Source: Octopus sinensis (taxonomy: Eukaryota). Taken from it: a stretch of 64,000 nt of DNA. The translations under genes and the position numbers were made by a program. The notes below the pieces were generated by a model. It was not told where the DNA came from and made no database searches. It saw only the letters and a list, made by a program, of their open reading frames with translations. This document shows positions 51,630 through 63,899 of this stretch, in pieces (the stretch's first letter is position 1; every line of letters starts with the position of its first letter). The stretch spans positions 77,624,001 to 77,688,000 of the forward strand of contig NC_043006.1 of NCBI RefSeq assembly GCF_006345805.1, written 5' to 3'.

Positions 51630-51879
51630 TTGTGTTTGTGTGTGTGTGTATGCACGGTATTTTGTCAGTCAACAGGTCGCGGTCTCAAAGCGACGAAAAT
51701 ATTTTGGCAAATTAAATCTACATCTTGAAATGAGTCTAAAGCTTTTGTGTTTTCTTAAATGGCTTATGAATACATTCCACGCTGCAATATTTGTCGTTCC
51801 AGAACACAATCCCAGATCAGGTCACTTGCTATGCAAGTACATATGATAATGCGTAATATATATATATATATATATATAA

Positions 51880-52542
51880 TATAAATTAAATATGTAAGGA
51901 TAAACTTCTAATAAACTACTAATAGTAGTACCCTCATTATAATATAAATGAATATTTTCAAAGAGGAAGAATTTACGGATTTTATCTCTTACGAGGTTTT
52001 TCACGCTACTACTGATAATTTCTTTTAAAGATTTTATCCTAAATTGTTAATTTATATTTTTCACCGGAATAGTTCATACTGAATTTTTATTCCGACTAGG
52101 CATTTGTTACCGAAATGCATTGCGAAAAAGCCCGCCATTTTCATAGATATGTAAGGATAAACATTCGTACATGCTACGATGAATTCTACGGTTGGCTATC
52201 GAGTTTGTAATGTTATGTTTTTTCTTATATCTCTTGAGTTTGTTGCACTGACGAACATGAAATGCATATTCTGCATTAAATGCGAAATCACATGTGATAT
52301 GTAACTGAATTCTTTTTTAAAATGATGTGTTTTGAAGTTTTGCATTCGGTAATATTTTGTTTATTTTTAGTAGTTTTGACCGCATTGGTCCCTCTTAGCG
52401 TGTTGGTATCTACTAATAGTAGTACCCTCATTATAATATAAATGAATATTTTCAAAGAGGAAGAATTTACGGATTTTTTTCTCTTACGAGGTTTTTCACG
52501 CTGACTACTGATAATTTCTTTTAAAAATTTTATCCTAAATTG

Positions 52543-52545
<3 letters not shown>
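51880..52545 (+). mobile_element. Second copy of the 46565-46937 family, arranged as a partial tandem (deleted copy plus full copy), in (TA)n
   Basis: 51893-52030 equals the start of the unit joined to its 3' extension. 52148-52543 is the full unit. Hammerhead fold at 52242-52305. Confidence 0.75.
52242..52305 (+). ncRNA. Type-I hammerhead ribozyme motif
   Basis: GTTGCA-CTGACGA-[ACAT GA AATGCA TATTC TGCATT AA ATGC]-GAAA-TCACATGTGA-TA-TGTAAC: 6-bp helix I (one G.U), 12-nt palindromic helix III ATCACATGTGAT and AUA triplet. The only defect is an A10.1.C11.1 mismatch. Confidence 0.65.
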
Positions 52546-52615
<70 letters not shown>

Positions 52616-53800
52616 GTATATTCATAGAAATATGTTTAGAAGGGAAACTATATGAATGTGAAAAGCCAGGATACGTAAACTGGAATTTGGCACGGAAATT
52701 TGACATATTTCTATCTATATAAGCTTTTATGCATGTTTATAGATAATTTGTTCAAGAAGCTGGAGCAAATGACACTGGTGCCAACGACAAAGACAAAAAA
52801 ATATATTATAAAGGAAATGATATGCCCATCCAACAGAATCTCAATAGATTTCAAGCTCCATTCTGAAGGAAGCAAATAGTCGCTAATATGCCTCTGCTTT
52901 GGCGACAGGTTTAGCAATTCGGTGGTAGATGTACACGTAAAAAATTAATGTTGTAAATCTAAACCTCTCCGTTGTCATCGCACAAGCTCTTTGCAAAAGT
53001 AATATTGTTGACATTATTAGACATAAAGTATTCTTCTCAGGTAAATATATGTGTGCGGTTACGGTAAACATTTGAAAGCGACTTAGAATATTAGCTTCAG
53101 AACATAATGGCTTTAATTTCTAATATGATTTATGTTAACATATGGTAGCTTCCAGTTAATCAACTAGCTAGGGTGTGAAAAGCATGTTGTTTGAATCATT
53201 CAAGAAGCTTTATTGCATGCAAGGTGTATAATCAGACTTCGAATGAGTATGCACTGTCTCGTTGAGACATGTCAAAAGGCAACATCTCAATATAATTCAA
53301 TTCATTAAAATCAATACGACACAATCGAGTTTCAACAAATTCATTGTGGGAAGGTCTGAACGCATCATAGCAGCCCTGTATTAAACAGATGCAAGGGAAC
53401 TGGATCAGGGGATACAAAGATGAGCAGAGCGGAAAGGAGACGAGGACGATTAAATTGAGAAGGAGGAAATAAATGCAAAATGAAAGTAAGAGATATCTAA
53501 AGAATTATGAATACAGAAGAACAAACACTTGAAACTGGTAGATTGCAGCTAGTTGCGGAGAACTTTACAAAGATATGATGAAGAAGAGGGGATATAGTAC
53601 ATATGGTGGAGCATAAGGTGACATTTATGTCGATAATTTTACACATTATTTCAGGAGGTATCCAGTGTTTAAATCGTTTGAATATGAAATTCATCTGGGA
53701 CGGGAATATGCTTAAAATCTTCTAGCATGTTTTCCCTAGAGCTTACTCATGAAGTGATATATCCTTTTCTTTTTAGAGTATTTCAGAGTTCTCAGTCTAT

Positions 53801-53839
<39 letters not shown>

Positions 53840-54769
53840 CCCTCTATTTATCTCTCTCTCACTCTTTGTCTATGTGTCTCTTTCTATTTCTTTCATTCTC
53901 TCACTCTTTCTCTATCCTTTACTGTTTCTATCTCTCTCATAACCAACCACTTTACCTTTGATATTTACCTCGTTTATACTCCATTCTCTCAAATTTTTTT
54001 TATCCCATACACTCTCACGAAGACATAAGGCTCCTATAATATTTATTCATTTTAATTATGTTTTGATTTACTCGTTTTCTTTTCATATATTTAATCATAT
54101 TTTTTATTCAATTTTTCATTGAAAGTAATTATATTTTAATTTATATTTTTAAAATTACTTTATTTTATCTGTATTTTACATAATCTATTTAACCTGTTTG
54201 AATTGAATTTCAAAAAGTTTTATTTTAAATTCCTTTAACCTTATTGCACTATTACATTTTTCCTTTCTTCTGAAGTACTTTTGATTATTTTCATATCTTA
54301 ATATCTAGACTTTTAAAATAGCAATATTTCAAGATTTATTGATATCAAATTACTAATTTATAGTTTCCTCGTGTAATTTGTTAGTACTGACTGAACTGCC
54401 AATAACCGACATAATTTGATCGGTAAACGATATTTTCAGCTAACAATGTTCCATTTTTATTGCTATTACCATAGCTTTTATCTTTTTACAGTATTAATAT
54501 ATGTTTACTTTATTTTTACTAATGGCTTTTACTAGTATTAACTACTTTGGAAATTAAATGGTTCATAGATCAAAGCTATCTCTCCAATATTTCTTCCTCA
54601 ACGCTTTGAAATTACCGGTGAAACAAGGGTATGTTTATAACTCTATTCTGTTTAAATATAAGACGCATCCGTGTGTAGATTTGTATTATCTTAATTTTAC
54701 ATTCATTATAATGGAATAAATTTACTGATGTATCTTTATAACCATACATCAGTTTGGTATATTATCGAA

Positions 54770-55288
54770 AAGCGGCGAGCTGGAAGAATCGTTAGCGCGT
54801 CGGGTAAAATCAAGAACGCATTTAGTCCGTGTCTTTACGACCTAGTTCAAATTCCACTCAGGTTGACTTTGCCTTTCATCCGTTTCAAATTGATAAAATA
54901 ATCATTCGTTGAACACTTGGGTATATATAATCGATTTATATCCTTCCCAAAACTTACTGGTCTTCTGCCAGAACTTGAAACAAATATTTTATCTAATTGT
55001 AATTAAAACAGGAAATTTAATTATTTAATAAACTATTTTACAAGAATTTGTTTAATATATATGTTTTCACAAGGCGGCGAGATGGCAGAAACGTTAGCAT
55101 GCCAGGCGCAATGCTTTGCGGTGTTTCGTCTGTCTTTAAGTTCTGAGTTCAAATTCCACCGAGGTCGACTTTGATTTTCATCCTGTCGAGATCGATAAAT
55201 TGAGTACGAGTTGTGTACTGGAGTCGATATTATGGACTGGATCCCTCCCAAAAAATTTCGAGCTTTGTGCCTAGAGTAGAAAAGAATA
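54770..55288 (+). mobile_element. Two SINE-B copies (54770-54985 and 55071-55288)
   Basis: Heads AGCGGCGAGCTGGAAGAATCGTTAGC and AAGGCGGCGAGATGGCAGAAACGTTAGC, plus the central domain. Confidence 0.8.
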
Positions 55289-55593
55289 TATATGTCTGCG
55301 CAAACTATATCGATTTGCTAAAACATTTCTGTCATGTACCAAAGATTTAGCGATAATATTAGGTATTATAGTTTTCATATACTTGTCTACTCATTTATTA
55401 AATTTGGACCTCATTCGTAATAATTCCATCAATTATCTTCCAAAACTTGAATACCAAATTTCATGCCCTAAGACTATTTTTTTTTTATTTTAGAAGATCT
55501 ACTTTTTCTTTTTCTCTTATTTTTTGTACACTTTATATAGTCCACCAATACTCAGTGCCTTTATATCTTATTGTTCCTTATATTCTTTTATTG

Positions 55594-55814
55594 TTTACGT
55601 GTTTCAGTCGTTTAATTGGGGCCATGCTGGAGCACCGCATTTAGTCGAACAAATCGCCCCCAGGACTTATTCTTTGTAAGCCTAGTACTTATTTCATCGG
55701 TTTTTATGCCGAACCACTACGGGTACCTAAACACACCAACATCGGTCGTCAAACGGTGGTGGAGGAATAATCACAAACAGAGATAAACATACATTCATAC
55801 ATACATACGTACAT

Positions 55815-55871
<57 letters not shown>

Positions 55872-55965
55872 CGACGAGCTTCTTTCAGTCTCTGTCTACC
55901 AAATCTACTCACAAGGCTTTGGTCGACCCGAGATATCATAGCAGATACTTGCTCAAGGTGCCACA
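55594..55965 (-). mobile_element. SINE family A copy
   Basis: GGCCATGCTGGAGCACCGC...GGACTTATTCTTTGTAAGCCTAGTACTTAT match. Confidence 0.8.
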
Positions 55966-56419
55966 CTTACCGCTCAGGTATAGATAGATTTCAGATAAAA
56001 TCCGATTCGTCTGTTACACCTAAGTTTTTCCTGATTTCCACTCGTAATATCTGTAAATACTGCAATGTGTTATGAAAACGTTTCACACATACATATATAC
56101 ATACCTACACACACACGCATGTATGTAGATAGATAGGTATATATATGTGTATGTACATAGATGTGTATGCAACTGTAAATATGCATAAGTACATATATGT
56201 ATATACGCTTGTATGTGTGCGTTAATGCATATGCGAATGCAAGCATAAATATGAATATCTACATATATCCATATATGCTTGTATGTGTGCGTTGATATAC
56301 ACGCATAAATAGATATGCCCGTATACTATAAAACGGGCAATTTGACATGAATACATTTTTAATGCTAAAATTTGTAAATATTAAGAAATGCATGTTAAAT
56401 TCCGATAAATGACATTCAT

Positions 56420-56437
56420 AGTGATGATGATGATGAC

Positions 56438-56487
<50 letters not shown>

Positions 56488-56720
56488 CGACGACGATGAT
56501 GATGATGATGATGATGATGACGATGATGATGACGATGACGACGACGACGACGACCGACGATGATGATAATGATGATGGTGATGATGATGGTGACGGCGAC
56601 GACGATGACGACGACGACGATGATGAGGATGATGATGTTGATGATGATGAAGATGGTGGTGGTGGTGGGTGGGGGGCTGGAGTTGGTGACGATGATGATG
56701 ATGAGGAGGATGATGATGAT
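56420..56720. repeat. (GAT)n/(GAC)n/(GGT)n trinucleotide array
   Basis: Direct inspection; explains the poly-D/H/M/S ORFs. Confidence 0.95.
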
Positions 56721-57735
56721 ATGACAAATCTGGGCGTAGCGATAATGAGGTAATAAATATAGTACGAGGAAATATGACAAGAGAAACAACAGAAAAAAAA
56801 TAGCGATATATCGATAAAATGCATTACCATAAAAACGAGAATAAAATGAAAAAAAAAAAAAACGGAATATAGCCGAATATAAACGTAACTGCAAATGAAC
56901 CGAGAGATAATGTAGATAAAAGGGTAGTAGATGATGGCTTCGAGATTGAAATATTATTTTAACATAGAAAAACCTCTCGTCAAAACTGTAGAATGCAGCA
57001 AGTTTATGACACTCATACTCAAAAAACGAAATTGACCTTGACTTTAGTATGGGGCTAATGATTCAGCTGAATGCAACGATATCACCGAATGTTACCTTCT
57101 ACACAAAGTAAAAGTTCATTTCGTGGTTGGATGAGGCCTAAAAGGTGTTGGAATCTCGTAACTATTATCAAAATACTATCTACAATCCAATTAATGTTTT
57201 CAGAGCCTCCATCCATAACATATCAAAAATATCTCTCTAAATAACAGTATAAAGTTAGCACTAACTAGAGCTAACATTTCAGTTGACTCACTGAAGATAA
57301 CTAACCATTTTCCACCCTTTCACACAAAGTGAATAGATTTCTTAATTTCATAGACATTCAGTCATTTTATCGCACAATTATCATCTGTGCATTAGCTAGC
57401 GAGGTAGACTATCATTTCGTTCTGCTAAGTGAAACATGTTCACTGGTGCAGTATTTTTTTCAAATGAACTGTCGAGATATTGATAAAATTAATAGAAATG
57501 TCCAACATACACTCCCCAGCTTGTTCGCAAATGCAAGGAACTTAGGATAGAAAAAAATTATTCCTAAATACTTGCATCTCACAGTCTAGATAGGTGAAGT
57601 TGCGAGATAATTTGGGTATAGTTGCACTATATATCTAGAGCGAGAGATTTCCTCCATGATGAATGGAGGAAATTTTCCTCCACGGTGAATGGTTTGTTTA
57701 CAAGGCCAAACCTCTTCTTAGCATATTTGAACAGT

Positions 57736-57835
57736 NNNNNNNNNNNNNNNNNNNNNNNNNNNNNNNNNNNNNNNNNNNNNNNNNNNNNNNNNNNNNNNNN
57801 NNNNNNNNNNNNNNNNNNNNNNNNNNNNNNNNNNN
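57736..57835. other. Assembly gap (100 N)
   Basis: Exactly 100 N, a conventional placeholder for a gap of unknown size. Confidence 0.99.
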
Positions 57836-58268
57836 GCGGCTTATATTTATTTGCTGCCGATAAATTTGGCGCGAGTGCGATGATTTGAAAATTTTAGGTC
57901 AGATATTGCCGAGGCAGGGACAGAAATGCCTCGTGAAAATATCTGTTCCGATCTGGCTATTTCTTACTGACGAATCTAAGGGCTATGGAAGATTGGCTGT
58001 GATTTAATTTAATCAGGTTAGTTTACCATTAAACAGTAGATGAAACGGTGCATCGTATAGAAATTACAGGGTAAATGTTTTACGGAATTAATGTTATTTT
58101 GCGGTTGAAGCTTGCTGTTATTTGTATTGGGTGAATGGCCTATTATGGCCGTTCTTGATTGTGATGTTGAACTTAAAAATGGTCTATGACTATTTAATTT
58201 TTTCCCACTAGGCGCTGGTGGCAAAAAAAAAAATTCTACAAAATTTTTTGCCACCCTATATTGATTAA

Positions 58269-58308
<40 letters not shown>

Positions 58309-58562
58309 TATATATATATAATATTATATATATGTACGTATGTATGTATATATATATATCTATATATTATATATGTATGTATGTATATATATATATTATA
58401 TAATGTATGTATATATATATTATAATATATATATATATTATATATATATATTATATATGTATGTATATATATATATATATATATAATATATATATATATA
58501 TAATATATATATATATATTATATATGTATGTATGTATATATATATATAATGTGTTGTGTGGT

Positions 58563-58609
<47 letters not shown>

Positions 58610-58649
58610 TATATGTATGTATGTTTATGTATATACCTTCGAACATGCG

Positions 58650-59620
58650 TGGCACCGTGGGAAGTGTATTTTCTATAGCCACCGGCAAATTTTTGTTGGT
58701 AATTTTTTTGAATTATTTTGTTTCTGTTCTGGGCATGATATTTAGGAAAGGGTATGTCCTGTTGGTGTTGGCGTCGGAGAAATCGGCTGTTCTTTGAATT
58801 ATTCTTTCTATAAATGATTGTGTGTGTCTGTTGGCATTAATATGTCCGCAGCTCAATTCCACGCTTATACCATTTGGTTTAGAAACAAATGTTTCCTTGT
58901 AACCATTTCCAGTGCAATTCACATACCTGAACCCCCATGCCGGAAATGAGCCCTCACGTTCCAGAAATGTCTGCTTAGCCATATTGGAAATGTGTGCTGC
59001 GGCATTGTCATAATGTAGAATGTCCGCGGTTTCGATTGAATAAAGCTGACGGCAGTGCTGTGAGCATAAAACTTAGTGTTCATAGCATGACTATCTGGGG
59101 CAGGTTCAATGTGCAACACCCGCTTGAATTTCCACCATACACATAACTAGACTTTCTGTTGAAACTACCTTTATTTGAAATGGTCTGAATCTTGGCCTGA
59201 GCGAAGCCACTTTTTTCTCATATTACAATTACGAAAATATATCCATCTTTTATCCCCGGTTACAATTCTACGCCCAAAAGGGGCATCTCGAGAATATACC
59301 AGCAGTTGTTTGCATATGTTTACACGCCATTGAACCTAGTCATAGGTCGTTTTATAAGGAGCTTGTTGACAGCTCACAAAGCCGAGCTTATGAAGGTGTC
59401 AACTGATGGCCCTTTATGAAGGATCAATTATACCCAACTTTGTACGGTAGTTTGCTTCGTAGTGGTTCAACCATATCAAAGCAGGTCACATCTTCCTCAA
59501 CAGGTCTCCCTAATTTCGCTGTCGTCGAGGCTTGTACCACCTTCCTTGAAATATCTGCACCAGTTTTTGCGACACGCGTTCATTGAGAGTTATGAAGCCT
59601 TATTATAAAAAAAATATTAA
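58650..59620 (-). mobile_element. Decayed mariner transposase remnant
   Basis: Minus strand WCRYFKEGGTSLDD (~59520-59565), RRIVTGDKRWIYF (~59235-59275) and ILHYDNAAAHISNMAKQT (~58965-59020), with many frameshifts. Confidence 0.75.
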
Positions 59621-60911
59621 TTTCTTATGCTGCTAAACTTGCACTCAGTCCATTTTATCCACGGGAAGCGTAAATCGGCTTTTATTGCAATTTCTTCAAA
59701 ACTCATTACTAAATCTGTAAAATAAAGTATTAACAGTTAATGTTTAAGTGGCAGACATTAAAATATAGAATAAACAATTCAGCAATGATTAAACAATAAA
59801 CTCTATCAAATCAATAATATGACTTGATGATACATATTGCGAAAATCATCAGTGAAAATACAAAAACTTTTGACGCTGCCTAGTCTCATTCACTTGTACG
59901 ATCCTTTTATAATTATTATTTTCTTTTCTTTCTTGTGTTTTTGGTTTTTGGTACTCATTAAGTTTAAGTGCCATTTGCTAATATTTAGATGACTTAGAAT
60001 TTAGCAAATGCTACTAAAATTTTAAGCGATGACCTTCTAAAATATGTGGGGCCCTTTCTATATAATACTAGACACATCATGCATGTTTGGAATTTGCAGT
60101 AGCTTTCGAAAGCAAAATCCGTATATACTTTTTCGTTACCTGATGTTCCTTCACTCTGGCCGTATATGTTTACAAATACCAATCACTTATCCTGAGAATC
60201 AAATCACTTTACAATTACCATTCCAGGTTATTACACCAGAACATAGCTGGATACAAAATCTTCATCCGTTGTTCCATGCTCATTGCCTGAAAGAATAAGT
60301 GCCTGAACAGCAAATTCCTTGCAGACACTAAACAGAATTTTCTCGATTACACGCAGACTGGTAATTTGTGTATATCAAATTGGTAAAACAAGTTCATTTC
60401 TTCGTTTCATGCTACGGCATTTGCTTTTCCAGTTCAATCACTTACCTATCGCCTGATGCTTCAAATACTCTTTGTCTGAGTTTAATTTACGAAACCGTAA
60501 GATACACTTTGTTCTACTTCACTTACATATATGCGATGACGGGGAGCAATGTCGATTGTGAATACATACAACCTGGCAATCGGTAAGGAGATTAGTGTAG
60601 CCTCTTAGATGCATCATCAATGGCTATACTTAGTATATCTGACACAACAAATTTGCCTTCGTATTTATCGCGCATGACTACGGAATTAGATGTATAGTGA
60701 TGCATGAAACTGGATTACAGTTAAGTTAGCACAGATAATGATGCAGGAGATATTTGGAAAAAGAGATATAAAGACATTAATTTATGGATTCCTCCTTATA
60801 TACGAAAGATAAAGCTGTGATTGGAAATTTTAGGAAGAATTTATAGATTGGCATTTCCTAGTTATAGGTGTTAATCACTATTGAAAATTAACAAAATTGA
60901 AACATTTTTAC

Positions 60912-61008
60912 CAATCTCTCCTCAGTCGCTCAATCTCCAAGCGTTCTTGAAATACTTGACAATATTGACTATGAATACAAGAAGGTACCGTTGTTCGCAG
61001 AATCGAAT
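60912..61008 (-). CDS. Candidate internal exon ((D)SILRTTVPSCIHSQYCQVFQERLEIERLRRD), unidentified
   Basis: Acceptor ..CAATACTGTTTCAG| and donor TTG|GTAAAA, 97 nt, phase 1 to 2. Protein-like helical composition in repeat-poor sequence. Confidence 0.3.
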
Positions 61009-62645
61009 CTGAAACAGTATTGTATAATTGTACGTAACAGGGAACAGTCTTAATAATCTTTCCACATGGACACATATAAATATATCGGACACGGCCGTCA
61101 TCATCATCAACATTTGCACTGGTCACATCATCATAATAAACATCTTGTGTCACTCAAGCACGTATTTAATTAACTATGATATTTTACAATTTTCTAATTA
61201 AAAGGACACCCCTCTACTACAAAATTTAAACAATCACTCCGACTAAGAGACTGCAACTTTTAACTGAACATATATCAATTTCCTAACATTGTATTCGCTA
61301 TACAAAATTAAAATAGGCTGTTTCTCCTTCAATTGTAATATTTTTGGCCGTATGCATTACGTCTGTTGGCAAAGAATATTCACCAAACTTTACTGTGAAA
61401 TGTGAATGCAATTATTGTAAATGATAGTACACTGCAAAAGCTTATCAGTTATGTAACAGTTCTGATCCCATAATGAGACACACACGAAAACACTCAATTA
61501 TTGTGAGAAATATATCGTCCGCTCCACTGATAGAAATGTTCGATGGTTTTCTGCGCACTATTTTGTATATTTGGCTTACTCTAGCTTGCAGAAATGTGGA
61601 AATATATGTTCTTGTTTTACAGAAGTGCTTTTGCCAGCTTATGTATTTCAATGATTTAGTGCAGCACTTTATATTTACGGCATAAACGTGGTGTAAACTT
61701 GTCTCCAGTATTGAGTTGAATCCATAAACATTAATTTCCTTTGATATCATCACATTACGCCACTTGACAGTACGATAGTTTACTATCTCGTTTATGTAAA
61801 TCAATACAACGACAAATTTCGAAGATATATAAATAAAAATTACATCAAACAGATTATCTAATAGCCGCATTTTGGAAACTATAGAAGAATTTTAATTGCA
61901 GGACAGCTGTTGTAATTTATTAGAAACGGAATCATGAATCAAAAAATTTTACCTAAACATCAAAACTCATATATTATATGATATATGGTATATATATATA
62001 TATTATTTACGGCCTTTAAAACTGCATAAAAATCCATATAGTTAAAAAAAAAATATGACATAAAATCCGTGTTTCATAAAATAAGGAAATATAGAGGCTC
62101 TATATGGATTCCACTTCCAGCTTGCATGATTTCTTCTTAAATTAAAGTTAACATGTAAGGAATGCATACAGTATTCAGTTGTGTGTCAAATCTTACTTTA
62201 ATTAATATGTTAAGTCTGAATAATGATGTAAAAATGCTGTTAAATAATGATGTTAAAAAAATTTAAGTTAAAAAGTTAAAATCTACAGTCAGAGAGTAGA
62301 TTTAATACTATGATGTTCTTAAGAATGGAATCAGCCTCTCTGTCTGTATATATATACCCTCTTTATAATGTTGGCAAACGAAATAGGAATAAGAATGTGC
62401 ATTGTCCTTTTGATTGGAAAATCACTAAAGGTGGCTGAAGATTGCTCGACATTTTAAAACTGATGTAATGCTTACAGTGTTTAATAAAATGAAGTAGCAT
62501 GAAACGATCTTACCACATTACATTGGATATACTTGTTGCTTATTTTGATTGTAATCATCCCACGAATTTATATGGATAATACCATACAAAGTTCTGGTGC
62601 CTTTGTCTTAAGTACCATATTCATCTGAATCTAAATTTTGCTGAA

Positions 62646-62725
<80 letters not shown>

Positions 62726-62730
<5 letters not shown>

Positions 62731-63100
62731 ATATTCGGAATGGTCATATTGCCAGTTTAGCCAATAAAACACACGCGCACTATATATTTGGTGTTATTTT
62801 GCTACAGTGTTATTTATTTTTTACATTAATCTTAATCTTATTTCGGCCAGAGTTCTTTCGTCACACTCCTGTGACCGCATCAGTGGTCCTTTTTTTTCTT
62901 CTTTCTTATTTGTGTCTCTCCTTACTAACCGTCAGCCATTTTGTATTTCTATTGTATGTCTTCATTTGTGCATGCTTATATCTCTATGTGCGTCTATGTT
63001 TATTTATTGGCTAAACTGGCAATATGACCATTCCGAAATATAACAATATCTGTTTCAACACACGAATTCACATAAAAAATCTTGCCCAACAAATATTTAA
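62726..63100 (-). mobile_element. TA-embedded non-coding element with 43-bp inverted ends and an internal hammerhead-like motif
   Basis: 62726-62768 versus 63003-63046 are near-perfect reverse complements. Hammerhead fold at 62845-62889. TA arrays lie at 62648-62725 and 63104-63120. Confidence 0.65.
62845..62889 (-). ncRNA. Slightly degenerate type-I hammerhead ribozyme motif
   Basis: Minus strand GGACCA-CTGATGC-G-GTCAC[AGGAGT]GTGAC-GAAA-GAAC-TC-TGGCC: perfect 5-bp helix II, 2-bp helix III, CUC triplet and helix I CCA/TGG. The core has A9>C. Confidence 0.5.
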
Positions 63101-63121
63101 ACGTATATATATATATATATA

Positions 63122-63280
63122 CAGAATGGGACAAGAACGCAAAACATCCAGATAGACGATACAAAAAACATGGACGGGTCATTGGAAACCTTTAATCTTC
63201 AGTCAAGAACCGGATCATCCTCGCAATTTCGGCTGATTAATCTTGAGATTGCTCCAACCTCGCCAGCCCCAACCTCGAAA
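63122..63280. mobile_element. Fragment of the 12060-12720 repeat family
   Basis: GGGACAAGAACG.AAAACAT...CAGTCAAGAACCGGATCATCCTCGCAATTTCGGCTGATTAATCTTGAGATTGCTCCAA is shared with 12081-12210. Confidence 0.8.
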
Positions 63281-63860
63281 TATAGATGTCTATATACGTA
63301 TTAGAAGTTAAAATTTGAATCTCAAAACTCAATGACATGAATCTCCAGATAACTGCAAGAATCCTAATGATATGCATCTGGCAACATCTGGAAAACACTA
63401 CAAAGCATACAAAACGAAATTTGGAAATGAAATAACAAATTTAGGCTGCACATCGCAGTGACCGATTTATACACAGTTTAAAAGGTAACAGTTAATAATG
63501 AAATTCAACTGCAAAGGGCACGATGTTACTGTATTGTGTCTATACATTGTTTATTGACAAAGTATTCTTGGCGCTACAAAATATACGGTACTCTCTAGTA
63601 CGGTTTTCTCCTATTACGACTGAGTTTTGTTTGCTTTACAACGGTAGCAGTTTAACCAATGTCTACCCAGTTTTTTTGGCAACATTCCGAAGGCTACTAG
63701 CGAATTTCGTGCTTCTCTATATCCAAATAATTATTGCATTATGTTTTCATTTTTACTTTGTGGTGTGTGTGTGTGTGTGTCTGTATGTGCATCTTTTTAC
63801 ATGAAAATAAACGAACCTGGATTTACGTCTATGCATATTATTTTTCCGGTATTGTATATT

Positions 63861-63899
<39 letters not shown>

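Noticed and set aside
56259-56894. 211-aa His-rich and 149-aa Ser-rich ORFs; likewise poly-D/H at 44248-44656 and poly-E/K/R at 7001-7412
   Set aside because: Trinucleotide arrays open in several frames on both strands, with no splice or compositional support for coding.
60140-60286. Minus-strand segment bounded by a good acceptor (CTTTCAG) and donor (CAG|GTAACG)
   Set aside because: Stops in all three frames; it could only be non-coding, and there is no further support.
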